Assembly: GCA_964270895.1 (NCBI GenBank)
Contig: OZ185438.1
Length of the DNA: 64,000 bases
DNA from: Podarcis filfolensis
Lineage: Eukaryota
Reading direction: 5' to 3' (one strand)
Position 1 is the stretch's first letter; every line of letters begins with the position of its first letter. This document shows, one piece after another, positions 1 to 11,646 of this stretch. A model generated the notes under the pieces. That model had not been told where the DNA came from, ran no database searches, and worked only from the letters and a program-made list of their open reading frames with translations. The translations under genes were made by a program, and so were the position numbers.

Positions 1-30
1 CTGAAATGCCATTTATTCTTTTTGTTACAG

Positions 31-77
31 AATCATGTTGTTGCATAGTTAGGAACGAATGACAGAGGGTGACAAGG
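31..77 (+). other. Isolated 47-nt exon-like segment, probably non-coding or 5'UTR
   Basis: Pyrimidine tract and acceptor TTATTCTTTTTGTTACAG ending at 30; strong donor AAGG|GTAAGT at 78. Stops in all three frames unless ATG 59 is used (MTEGDK-G). Confidence 0.3.
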
Positions 78-2801
78 GTAAGTGCAGGGAAATGACTTAA
101 ATGTATATGCCTATGTGCAAGGAAATCTGGTAGGGATTTTATGCATCCAAGAACCTATCATGGTATTTCAGACATTCAGAAGAAGCTTAACCATGTACAC
201 TCAGAAGTAAGTCCTATTGAATTAAATGGGGCTTACTCTTGGGTAAGTGGGGTTAGAATTACAGTCTAGATTCTGCTTCCAGTCTGTCTGAGAAAATATA
301 GAGTTTCATCTTTTGCAAGTGAGCTGATGAGTTCCCCCGTCTTCCCTGTATTTTTGTTTTTTCTTCGTCAAATTAAAAAACTATTTTTTAGAAAAACAGG
401 TAGGTGACCCCTTAAGATTCCAAAATAAAACTAGACTTGTATGAATTGATTTGTCATGTTCTATATTAGTTTAAGATGTTCTTAATATGCATCATACCCA
501 TGCAGACTGCACCAGAGTTGTTCTGATGCATACACAAGAAGTATGGTCATCTTAATTCAAATTCTGTTGTTGAAAGAGGGTCTATTTTGTCAAAAATCTT
601 TTAACTTTGCTCAGCTAGCAAAGCTGCTGCTACCAGGACAACTCTCAAACATCAAGGCTTCTCTTATTCTATCAAAGTCATCAGTGTGTTCTTGAATGGA
701 GCATTCCTTGATAGTAATTGGATAGTTGCCTTGGTACTGTTTGCCATGCATAAACTATTACACAGTTTGAAATATGCATTCATTGCTTCCTGTGGTACCT
801 TGTTCAAAGCATCCTATTGATTTCTTCTGTTTCATCTGTCAGTCACATACAAACCATTCTGGTGCCTGAGATTCTCTGCAGTCTATTCCCTAAAGTTCCA
901 CCTGACATTGATTTTTTACTTTTGTGAGTGATTTTCTAGAATTAGACTTTCTCTAACAATGTCTGTAATAGGGAAAGGAAAGTGGAAGAAATCACTTGAG
1001 GCTTTACAAAGGATATGACCTGCAACTTTATAGTTCTCTTTCAGCTTTAAGGGAAAAAATATAGAGATGCTAATCACTTTCTAGTATATCTAATAAGAGA
1101 ATAAAAGAGGCTTTTTGAAAATTCATATTGAATTTCTTTTTTATCTTTGTCTTGAAATATGTTTGTAAAAGCAATTGAAAATGTGATCTTACATATTTTT
1201 TCTTCTATTTAGTTAGTGGTTCTTCCTTTCCCTTGCAATTCACTGAATATCTCTTACAATGCTGAATTCATTTCCTTGTTATGTAACTAGGAGGCCGATA
1301 GATTGAATTAAAATGCTGCATTTAAATTCTGTATACAGTAGTCAGTCTCTCAGATAACAGTGAATCTCTCTGGGTTCCTTGTCAATTATAATGTTGCCTG
1401 GTTTTCATGATTCACAAAGCAACTGCAATACTTAAGAAATGGAAGCATCATATATTGGAATGGCATCTAAGTGAAGAAACTAAATACAACATTAGATATT
1501 TCCAAAGTTACATAGTATGCTAGGGGGCTGCTCATCCTCTAGCCTTGGTTGCAGACGCTGCTTGTGACTGCTTAATAACTCTACACGTGTTACCTTATAA
1601 TTTGAAAATTGATGATCTTCTGAGAAAGAAAGCTGTCTTATCCGCAAAAAAGCTTAGTAATTGTAAAACAGAACCAAACAAATATCTCTCACTCTCAGGT
1701 GAGTTGCCATGCCAGCAAATAGGTGTTCAGGAAGGAGTGTAAGGACTGCTGTACTATCACTATGCCACTCACAGTGCGTGGGTTGGTGTATTGTAATAGC
1801 AAGAGCTGTTATTGCAAGGTGCAGCATTGTGAGCTATTGTATGCTCAGAGCTATTGCCCTGCATGGCATTAGCCACAAAAAGAAATGTTAAAGACAGGGC
1901 AACACACTCACACAGTATCCTAACAACAATCTGGCCGCTACAAAATCAGCTATGAGGGAGAACAAATGAAGACTTAACAAGATGAGCATACTTTTCATGC
2001 ACCCAGGTGAATTATTTGTGGGATAACCAGCCTCATATAACCAACACGCTTAAGTCTACTTAATGGATGAAGGGGTTAATATCATAGAGTAAGCTATTCT
2101 GCTGGGCTTAGCTATATCTAGTTCCTCTCACCTTGGGAGGAACTAGCCTTTATTCCCCTCCAGTCTACCTGATGAACTCAGCACAAGCCATTTTTGTGTC
2201 CCTATAACTTAGGGTCTTTCACCACTTTAGAACTAAACTAAGTTTTACTGCTTGTGCAACCTTTCTGACCGATGTATGGAAAAGCACATGAACCTGACCT
2301 TTGGAGAGTTTGTAAGTAAACCATTTTTAACTTACAAAATGTGTGGTCTTTTCCTATGCTGGGGGAAGATTGGAATATTTTGGAACTCACTTAGAAAAAC
2401 CATATTTTAAAGATCTATCAACTTTATATTTCCATGTGTTATTTTGCTACATATCTTCAGGGGTTCTCTCACCAAAGAGTACTTGCCCCAAACATGGATT
2501 TTGGCATCTAGGAATTTTCCTTTTATACCCAGTGCCTTTTTTCTAGGGGGACGCATACCTCTAAACATTTTGTGAATCTAAGTTTGGCCTCATTGAGGGG
2601 CAATATTTCAAGATGAGTAGGAAAAAAGAGACTACCCCTAAACATTTTTTTAAGAAAAATGCACTTATACCTATTTTTTGTCTTTTGCTCCAGCATTATG
2701 TTCAGCCTGTTCTAAACGCTGCTATAAAGCAACAAATGGAAATCTTAAGGAGTACTCTAGATTGTTCCTCTGTAAACATAGCTTGGAATGTATGGCTTGC
2801 G

Positions 2802-3712
2802 TGTTAAGATCCCCAGGAGCTTCCCAATAAATAAAGACACAATTGACACAGAATTTAGTTTTAGGTTATTGGCATAATTTTGGCCACAACTTTATTGATT
2901 ACAGATAGTGAGTGGTTTGTTTAGGCATTGGTTCCCGACTAGCTGCCCCTGACCTCAGCAGGGCAGCACTGATGACTGGGCCACATCATATCGTCAGTAC
3001 AGGTAAACGTCGTGGGGGAGTAATGGTCCAGGATCAGACTCAAGCTCACCCCAAATGCTCCCAGGGACTCTTGCGTGGCCTTACCCCCCCAAAGGGGTTG
3101 ACAAAAGCATGTGAATCCCTGGATTCCTTTAACGGAATACCTTTGCGCATTGGCGGGGACAGGTGCTCCAACCCCCCGCCAGACCACCTTGAACCAATGC
3201 CTAACCACCAAACCTTACAAAGTTGTGACGATTAGCTACACGGCAGGCGAAACCCAAGTTGCACCAGCCAATCAGCCAAATGGGAAAATTCCTACAGCGC
3301 TCTTGCCCCAACAGCAGATGACCCATGATGGCATAACAAGGTCATAGAAAGACCCTAAATATAGGGAGGGTAGGTGGGTGATCCGATGCACAAGGCACTA
3401 AGAGGTAGCTCGACGCAACGTGCAGGTCCCTTGGTTAATACACAAAATCCCCCTTGGTTAATACACAAAATTCCCCATTGGCCAGATCTGCCTAGCAACC
3501 GAGGGACCACCAATTGGGTTGTTGTGGCTATCCAATCGCTCCCACCCACACAAGCAGTGAGGTCAGTTCTGATGATCTCACCACAACACATGCCCTTTGT
3601 GAGGAGGACTCGATTTCCAAGTTTGGCTCCAAATGCAAGGCCAACTCGGATTGGCTCCACTCAGGAGCTCCCAATCAGGGCTCCTAAGTGCAGTTGATCC
3701 CTGCTACAAACA
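2802..3712 (-). mobile_element. Probable solo LTR (ERV/Gypsy-like)
   Basis: On the minus strand it begins TGTT and ends TTAACA, with a TATA-like TATATTTA near 3360 and AATAAA at 2896-2891, about 90 nt before the end. Several CCAAT words and a 23-bp-period tandem duplication (3428-3471). No matching TSD, PBS or PPT found, so boundaries are approximate. Confidence 0.5.
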
Positions 3713-3982
3713 AGGTTTGAATTTGGCACCGAATCTGATTTTTAATTCATGCTGGTCTGCAAAAGGAAATGCTTTACCTGATGTCAGGTAATGATGCCCA
3801 CCTAATAAAGTGGTTTGCAGGCTTGTATTTGCAGTCTGACCCAACATTGTCACCAGAGACTTAAGAAGCCTCCAAAACGTTACCTGGATTGGTTATGATT
3901 ATTCATCATACTCTGTTAACTTCCCATTTTGGCTATTGTATTGCACTGAACATGAGGCTGCTTTTAAAAATGTCCCAGGAAC

Positions 3983-4158
3983 GTACCTTGTTTGTCGAAC
4001 GCCTTGGTACTCATCTGTTTTGGCTCCCAAACACCACAAACTCAGAAGTGAGTGTTCCAGTTTGCAAACATTATTTGGAAGCCGAATGTCTGACGCAGCT
4101 TCCGATTGGGTGCAGGAAGCTCCTGCAACCAGTCGGAAGCCGCGCCTTGGTTGTTGAA
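3983..4158 (+). mobile_element. Truncated Tc1/mariner (Tigger-like) MITE fragment
   Basis: Starts with GTACCTTG, resembling the CAGTGGTACCTCGG terminus of the full element at 56154. Internal inverted repeat GCTTCCGATTG...CAGTCGGAAGC. Confidence 0.5.
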
Positions 4159-4179
4159 ATAGTAGTTCATTTCTAAGCT

Positions 4180-4438
4180 CAATTTAAAGTTTTACCTTTG
4201 AAAGCCCTAAATGGATTGGGAGCAGCCTACCTGAAAACCTGCCTTTTCCAATATGTGCTTTCTTAAGATTCTCTGCTTCCGCTGCCCCACTGAATCTATG
4301 CTTAATTTTGTGGACATGATGAGTTATATTTTCTAGTAAGGCTTTCATTTCTTTTTAATAGTTTTACTTTATTATTTCAATTCTTGTTTACTTCTCAAAC
4401 TTTATATCAGGGGGTGGCATACAAATGTCATAAATAAA
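4180..4438 (+). mobile_element. Degraded L2 LINE 3' remnant
   Basis: CAATTTAAAGTTTTACCTTTGAAAGCCCTAAATGG resembles the L2 copy at 52650-52690; ends in a TAAATAAA tail. Confidence 0.4.
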
Positions 4439-4943
4439 GAAACGATTTCAAGCTTATCTGTCACAGACCCCTCATGTTTAATATTTTTTTCTAATAGCTT
4501 GGCACAAATGTGCAGGCTCTAAACATTGCATCAAGTGGAAAAAGTATAATAGCACTTCTGTTTGAAACAAAGTAGGCTTTAATATTGAATTTGATCTTGT
4601 CTCAAAACACAGTATGCTTTAAAATGGGTGCTGATATAAGACTCTTGTTTTTTTATGAAGTGATGCTGCTGTTTCTGGCATCTGGGCTGTGTTGTGTACA
4701 TGATGGCATTTTATATGACTCATAGTGTAATTCTATGTTTACCTACACAGAAGGAAATCCAATTGAGTTTAATGGGACTAAACCCAAGACAAGCTAATAT
4801 CAGCATGGCTTTGCAAAAAGGCTGCTGATGCTAATGTAGAAATAGAGTTACTTTTCCAGATAAGTCATGGTGAATCATATATCTGTATCTATTGCATGTT
4901 GCTTTTCTTGACACTGAGGGTTCAAAAGTGAACGGATGCTACT

Positions 4944-5207
4944 CAGGGGCATAGCTAGCTGCTCCAGCACCCGGAGCGGCAGGGGCGGGGCAAGCTGCCC
5001 ACAGCTGCCTGGTGGGCGCAAGCCCCACGCTGCCATTTCGGGCAGAGTGGGGGCCTGAGCCACCGTGTCACTCCTAGGAGAGACGTGTGGCTCGGGCGCG
5101 CTGCAGGCCAGGCCCCATAGTAAGTGCTGCCCCCCACGGTGTGCCATTTTGTCACCCCCTCAAGGATGACACCCGGGGCGGCCCGCACCCCCCTTCCTAC
5201 GCCCATG
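4944..5207. mobile_element. hAT-type MITE
   Basis: Imperfect TIR CAGGGGCATAG / CTACGCCCATG; exact 8-bp TSD ATGCTACT (4936-4943, 5208-5215); GC-rich interior. Confidence 0.85.
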
Positions 5208-5392
5208 ATGCTACTGAATTTCAAACTTTGAATGGTATCACGTCTGAGGAAAGCTTGGAGACTTGGGCTCACTGATCTGAAAACTTTTAAATGTTTTTCA
5301 ACACTTTGAATTAAAAAGAAATTAGATGGCTTTTAAATTGTTTTGAAGTGTTTTTTTTTTAAAAAAAATATTTTTTTATTTTCATGGAACCA

Positions 5393-5470
5393 TGCAATTG
5401 TGGAGTTGGAAGGAACTCCCAGGGCCATCTAGTTCAACCCCCTGCAATGTAGGAATCTCAACTAAAGCAT
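5393..5470 (-). mobile_element. CR1-like 3' end fragment
   Basis: GAGTTGGAAGGAACTCCCAGGGCCATCTAGTTCAACCCCCTGCAATG matches the CR1-type termini at 11408 and 55718. Confidence 0.55.
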
Positions 5471-6894
5471 GATTTTAAAATCATATTGGTTTAACTTTGC
5501 TGTTTGCCACCCTGGGCTTCTTTGAGAGGAAGGGTGGAATATAAATTTAATAAATAAGATAAACAGGGTAAATTAAATATTTTAAAATGGTTCCTAATCT
5601 GAGCTATATGGGGGCTGGCTATGGCTGCTGGGTAGTGTTCAAGCTCTGTACATGCTTGTGATGCCTTTGTTGTCACTCAGCCAAGCTAAAACATGCCTGG
5701 GGGCATGTGAGCCAAGCTCAAATGACGTCCTGCATATTAACCAACGCCATCTAGCAGCTTACAGATTGAATTCAAATACAGTTATTTTAAAAAGCCTATC
5801 TTTTTACATTTGCGTCACTCATGCATTTGTGATATAATTTCCACCATAACTCCATTGGAGAAAACTTTGTCTGATAATAATCAAAGTTGATATAAAATCA
5901 ATTTCAGATTAGTCTCATTATGGACCTGTTATGACGGATCAGATTCCACCCATCTAAGTGTTTAACATTCTAAGCCACTGGGGTTTTACAATGTTGCTTT
6001 TCACCTAAAAGCATGATTACATTATCAATTACGTAACAACACTGCTGTGTGCTAGTATACTTGGCACATGCAATGTTCTCAATTCAATTTGCCAAACTGT
6101 ACATTCTTATAACTTTTTTTAGTAAGCACATTTTAAAAAATGCATACACACATCACTAAAAGAAGAAAAAAATAGCATATTGATACACTCTCAGACCAGT
6201 CTTAAGTTTGCATAAGGTTTCCTTGGGGCTCAGTTGCACTGGTTTATGCCTTGCCGGCTACATAGCGATGAATGCAAGTTACATAAGGATCATGGCAATT
6301 CCTACTTGCCTACATGAGAGAAAGTACAATGTTGGGTTCATTGTGGCTGCACAGACTTACATGGAAAACTGTTGCACAGAACTCCTGAATATAGGAAAGG
6401 AAACTAAAGCAAATGGAAACACATATGTAATGGGAACTGTGCTTGCTAGCAGGAAAATGATTTGGACTTGTGATTTTGTAACTTGGCTATAAGCCCAGTT
6501 CAACTCATCTGGTCACAGATTCCCTATTCCTGAAGTATAGGATTGTAGCCTGGATGAATATATCCTGCATGTAAGATAACCCTTTGACAATAATAGGTGT
6601 TTGTATATAAGCAGAGCATTGAATGGGAGAGGGTAGGGGGAAACTTATTGGATGGACAATGCTGTACAATGTAGTAGCCAGCTACCAAATGGCTTCTCCA
6701 TTTTCTGAGAGTCATACAGAAAGACAAATGTGAAAGCTAACGGAAGGTGGAGGCAGTTACTTTTGAAGGGAGTAGTTTTCCAGATGCAGGATTGACATTC
6801 CTTGACCAAATCACCAGTCCATTTTCTTCTTGTAAGTAGAAATGATAGCACTGTGTTTCGATGTACAGAGCACATGGTACATTCCGAGAGCTAG

Positions 6895-7115
6895 TGTAGC
6901 AAAGTGTTTCAGCTATGAACTACTGGCATGTCTCTGGTTCAAATTTCTCTTCAGCCATGAACTTACTAGGCGGACTCAGGAAAACCATTATATTGTGCCT
7001 CAATCCCTCATCAGTAAAATGGGAATAATGCTGATCTACATTACACAATTTTGCTAAGAGTTACTGAGATCACATTCATGGCACTTTAAACAATATAAAA
7101 TGTTTTGTAAGTACT
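6895..7115 (+). mobile_element. Old MIR/Ther1-like SINE
   Basis: tRNA-like head followed by the core-like CAGTAAAATGGGAATAATGCTGATCTAC and a decayed tail. Confidence 0.5.
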
Positions 7116-7750
7116 AATACATTCTACATTTAATTACTAGGTGTGAATACTGAGCTTGGGCAAACATGTTCACGTTTTGAATCTCTGAGGGATAAAAGGC
7201 TTCACCCTGAAATTTCCACACAATGTAAAATATTGGCACAGCTCTGTGCCCAAACCCAACAATAATCTGGTCTTCTCTATGAAATGAGATATACCTCCCC
7301 CCCCCCCACAACCTGGAGCAGTTGTAGCATGGCTGAGCTTCCTGAGATCATGTATCTCAAAGTCACTGAGAACATTCAGTATAACTAAGTTTATGGCTTT
7401 AGCCTCCAGCACAGTAGCTATCTTTTTTCTTTTTTTTAATCTCTCCTTTTCCATGCTTCATATCTCAGACCATCTGTACACCTAAGTGACCTCTCAGTAC
7501 AAAGCCATGACAGACTGCATTTCAGGAACCATACTGAATTGATATGGGACAAAATGATAAAGTGAAAGAAGAAAATCTCAGTCATTTTGTATGTAGAATT
7601 GACACATAATTTGTGAACAGCTAATAGAAAAGAGCCCTACTGTAAACTAATGGGTACGATTTACATAGAGGCATTCTTAGGAATCCTGATTATGCACGAC
7701 CTTAATCCTTTTGGTGTCAAGCATAGCGGCAAAGTGAAAGCATAGTGAAA

Positions 7751-8032
7751 GGGATGGAGCTTAGCTCAGTGGTTAGAGCACATGTAGCCCATGCAAAAGG
7801 TCCTAGGTTCCTGGCATGTGATGACCAAGATTTTCTTTGTAAATCGTTTTGACTTTTTTATTTATATATACACAATAAAGCAGTGTATAAATTGTCTGAA
7901 ATAAGAATAAAATAAACTCTAGCTGGGCTGCGAAAGACATCTGTCTAAATCCTTGGAGAGCTGCTGCTGCTCTGTGTAGTTAATACTGGGCTAGATGTAC
8001 CAATGGTCTGACTCAGTATAGGACAGATTCCT
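7751..8032 (+). mobile_element. tRNA-derived SINE, interrupted
   Basis: Box A-like TAGCTCAGTGG head. 3' part CTAGATGTACCAATGGTCTGACTCAGTATAGG is shared with the copies at 27928, 46859 and 48043; about 100 bp of unrelated AT-rich sequence lies in the middle. Confidence 0.6.
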
Positions 8033-8439
8033 GGGAGCCTTTTGACCTCGGACACTTCAAGGGCTTGCTTGTTAAATCTGTCTAAAAATTTAGCAAGCAC
8101 CGGTTAAATATGTTTTGTATGAACTGAATTATAATTTGAAATATTTATCTATATATCACTGATTTATTATCACGCTGCATGACAAGTTCATTTTATGGTA
8201 GCCTGGTCCCTATCGTTACCAAAATTCTAATTTTTTTATGTATCTGTAGAATTAAAGCAAAGCAAAAAATAAAAAATAAAAAATGAAGAAAGGAATTTGG
8301 CTCCAGCTAACCCGCCAATTCAGTTGCTGTTGCTTTTTTTTAGTAGAGAGTTCAGGTGTAATGTTGTATCTTAGAAATAAGGACTAGTGTAGCACAGATG
8401 GCCTGGTACTGACTTGGCTACAGATTCCATGAAGGCTTC

Positions 8440-8625
8440 GGCAACTTGAACTAGATTCTCTAGACTTAGATTCCCATTGTAGCAACCAAGATACGCTGTA
8501 ACATAATAGCATGAGTATGAGCTGGGCCGTAGCAAAGCACTCTTATCTTTTGGCTTTCCATTGGTGATAATAATCCTAGCCTACCTAACAGGATTACTGA
8601 GTTAATGTATATGAAACACTTTGTA
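8440..8625 (+). mobile_element. Old MIR-like SINE remnant
   Basis: ATTGGTGATAATAATCCTAGCCTACCTAACAGGATT...TATATGAAACACTTTG resembles the MIR core and tail. Confidence 0.4.
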
Positions 8626-8912
8626 CCCCCAAAATGTGCTGTATTAATGCCATACATATTGTACACCAACTCTCTGAAGAAATGCTGTGGCAGGAACAGC
8701 CTCATCCATCCTTCAGGCTCTGCTACCCTTATGTTCTCTACTTCGGCTCTGATCTTGGTCAAGGCCAAGGCCAAATCAGCCAGAATTGCCACAGACAATA
8801 TCCCATTAAGACAGGAATAAGGGGATTCAATCTGCCGTCACGTCAACTATCTGAAGGAAAAAGCTTTGTGGCAGGTAGTTTGTCACCTGCTCTGCACCAG
8901 TACTGGTAAAAG

Positions 8913-9040
8913 GGGAAATTCTACCAGATGCTTCTGAATTACAATTCCCATCAGTCTCAGCAAGCATAGCCAATAGCCAGGGAAGACGTGAGTGTAGTTC
9001 AGCAACATCAGGCGGGCCAAAGGTTCCCCACGTCTGTTCT
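8913..9040. mobile_element. Degenerate copy of the palindromic ~130-bp MITE family
   Basis: CCAGATG...ACAATTCCCATCA...GTAGTTC...ACATC arrangement as at 18825. Further decayed copies near 9860, 20850, 36830, 44040 and 60130. Confidence 0.45.
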
Positions 9041-10726
9041 ACCATATGCAATACTTCCATTGTATGCTGCATAGGGCACTTCCTAAGACTGGAGACAGAG
9101 GTGCTCAGCAGCAAATGAAGTCACAAAATAGAGGGGGGGGACAACTGGCAGTGAATAAGTACATTGAGTTGCTGGTTACAGCAAATATAAAATAACTTCT
9201 ACAAGCAGAAGGAAAATCAATATAGACACTAGAGATCTGCAGCCAAAGATTTGGCTTGTAACTTCAAATCAATAGGTGAAATTAAACCTATAATATCTGT
9301 TTAGTCTACCTTCCCCCTTGGTTTCCTGACCCACAGCTCCCCCCTTTCTCTTATCTTTCATGTATTTAGAGTATCTCCTGTCCATAATCTTACAAAAAAC
9401 ACAAAGATCCCCTTCCTTATCCTTACATCCTGAGATACCCCATATACACAATTCAGTGAGCATATTCATGACATCACAGCAGCTCAACCAATCTATTTAG
9501 AAGTTGAAGCTGGTTTTAACTTGGGGCATGCACTCTACCCATGAAAATGTATATTTTTAAAAGGAGATAAAAAATCTGCTTAGACAACTGGTGGAGTAGC
9601 AGTAGTAATGTAGCCAGCACAGGACAGGAGACTTGCAGAGCTAGTCTGAGCTCACAGATGAATGGGAATGTTTCAGAAGAGACGAAAGGGAAAATGGCAC
9701 TTTAAAAAATTCCATCATTTGTAACCTTTCCCAGCTCTGTAAAGGTTCAGGGCTGACTGCCAGCTATATAGTAGGGAGGGAGGTTTCTGAAATGGAAGTG
9801 TCCTTTTTAAACACACACACACACATCCTGCTCTAGCAACGGAGGGGAATTTGTGATCCTCCATATGTTGTTCAACTCTCATCAGCCTCAGTCAGCATGG
9901 CTAATGTTCAGGAATGGTGGGAGTTGTAATTTCACAACTCTGCTCTAGAGAATATAGAAGAAAGAAAGCTTTTTAATATAACAGCATATATATCTCCCAG
10001 CCCTAAATCATCCTTCCAGGATACTGTAAAATATAAGGGTAGGCCAATCCCCACCTACCAACACCTTCAATTTGCAGTGGCATAGTTGTCTTCAGTATTT
10101 GATAGATTATAGAAGGTCACTGAGAATAACTCTTTGTTTGGATTTTTTAAAATGTCTTTTAATTTCAAATTAATTTATTTCTGCATACCTAGGGAGTTTC
10201 TTGAATATGCAGAAACCCTTCTTTTTGGGTGTTCCATTTCGGTACCAAGCTGATAAATCATCTATCATTCAATCTGATGTTAGAGGGAATAAGTAGGATC
10301 CCACTATAAAATGTTGCAGTATATCTTGGTGGGTGTGTATTACCTGAATCTGGGCTAAGAAGGCTTGTAGGCTCAGGTATGAAAAGATAGTATTCCCTCT
10401 GTGAAAGTATAGCATCTAAGGGCCTTATTGATCTTTGAAGGTTCTAGTCTCCTCAGAAGAGCTGCACTTTATTTATGATCCTTAATTGTATTGTCAACAA
10501 GTGCACTTACAGCAGAGCTTGTTCAGTTTTGAATTATCTTGCTTTTTGCCCTTTTTGTTTTTGTGACACATCTTAACTCTTCCATAGCTAATGCATAAGA
10601 TCAAGACTCTTCATTTCTGAATCATTTCCATGCATTTACCAATCAAAATTTACCTTAGCAATTATCCAAGAAATCTGGTTTGGTGAGCCCTAGGTTCAAG
10701 TGATCAGTCTGATTGTGCCTTATATT

Positions 10727-11102
10727 GAGAGGCAGGCTGATGTAGTGGTGAGAGTGCTTAATTAAGGCCAGATAATCTTGGGTTCAAATCTCTAGTAAAG
10801 GTAAAGGAACCCCTGGATGTTAAGTCCAGTCAAAGGCGACTATGGGGTTGCAGCGCTCATCTCGCTTTCAGGCCGAAGGAGCCAGCGTTTGTCCACAGAC
10901 AGCTTTCCAGGTCATGTGGCCAACATGGCTAAACTGCTTCTGGCACAATGGAACACTGTGATGGAAGCCAGAGTGTATGGAAACACCATTTACCTTCCCA
11001 CCACAGCGGTACCTATTTATCTAAATGGAAATGGGAAACCATGTATGTTGACATGAGAGCCCTTCACAAACAGCAGGAGAAAATGCAATGAACACAATAA
11101 AA

Positions 11103-11140
<38 letters not shown>
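10727..11140 (+). mobile_element. Squam3/MIR-like SINE interrupted by a Sauria SINE, with (ATT)n tail
   Basis: Head GAGAGGCAGGCTGATGTAGTGG...GGGTTCAAATC (10727-10794); tail-like AAATGGGAAACCATGTATG after 11023, then about 12 ATT units (11103-11140). Confidence 0.5.
10795..11023 (-). mobile_element. Sauria SINE, 5'-truncated
   Basis: GTAAAGGTAAAGG is the reverse complement of the (ACCTTT)n tail; the body is the reverse complement of the copy at 53797-54178. Confidence 0.85.
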
Positions 11141-11141
<1 letters not shown>

Positions 11142-11288
11142 ACAATAATTTATTATTTATATCCCCGCCCATCTGGCTGGGTTTCCCCAGCCACTCTGGG
11201 CAGCTTCCAACAAAATATTAAAATACAGTACGTCAAACATTAAAAGCTTCCCTAAACAGGACTGCCTTCAGATGTCTTCTAAAAGTCT
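11141..11288 (-). mobile_element. L2 LINE 3' end
   Basis: Reverse complement of the 3' end of the L2 at 52900-53030 (CCCCGCCCATCTGGCTGGGTTTCCCCAGCCACTCTGGG). Confidence 0.8.
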
Positions 11289-11296
11289 TTAAAATA

Positions 11297-11299
<3 letters not shown>

Positions 11300-11335
<36 letters not shown>
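11300..11335. repeat. (TG)n microsatellite
   Basis: About 17 perfect TG units. Confidence 0.95.
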
Positions 11336-11336
<1 letters not shown>

Positions 11337-11407
11337 GGAAAGAATTCCGTATTTCCTCAGACTTCACAAAAGCAGATGAGTGCACAATTACTGCCTCTAC
11401 TTGGAAA

Positions 11408-11646
11408 TCATAGAATCATAGGGTTGAAAAGGATGTTAAGGGTCATCTAGTCCAACCCCCTGCAATGCAGGAATAACAGCTAAAGAATCCCTGGCAGATG
11501 GCCATCTAACCTCTTTAAAAACCTCCAATGAAAGAGACTCCACCACCTTCTGAGACAGTCTGTTCCACTGTCGAACAGCTCTTGCCACCATAAAGTTCTT
11601 CCTATTGTTTAGTCAATTTTTTTTTCTTGTCATTTGAATTCATTGG
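11408..11646 (-). mobile_element. CR1 LINE 3' end
   Basis: TCATAGAATCATAG terminal repeat plus GGTCATCTAGTCCAACCCC, followed by the reverse complement of CR1 ORF2 C-terminal sequence. Confidence 0.8.

Noticed and set aside
1545-1742. Short ORF containing a donor-like CAG|GTGAGT at about 1699
   Set aside because: No convincing upstream acceptor and no recognisable protein.
2912-3697. Several 78-107 aa ORFs on both strands
   Set aside because: They lie inside the LTR-like element, overlap in several frames and have no gag, pol or env motifs.
3713-3740. TGGCACCGAATC as a possible primer-binding site
   Set aside because: It does not match any tRNA 3' end I know, is not adjacent to the CA end, and is on the wrong side for the inferred orientation.
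7751-7815. tRNA-like sequence (also at 27928, 42001, 46859, 55718)
   Set aside because: No complete cloverleaf, and each continues into a SINE body; these are SINE heads, not tRNA genes.
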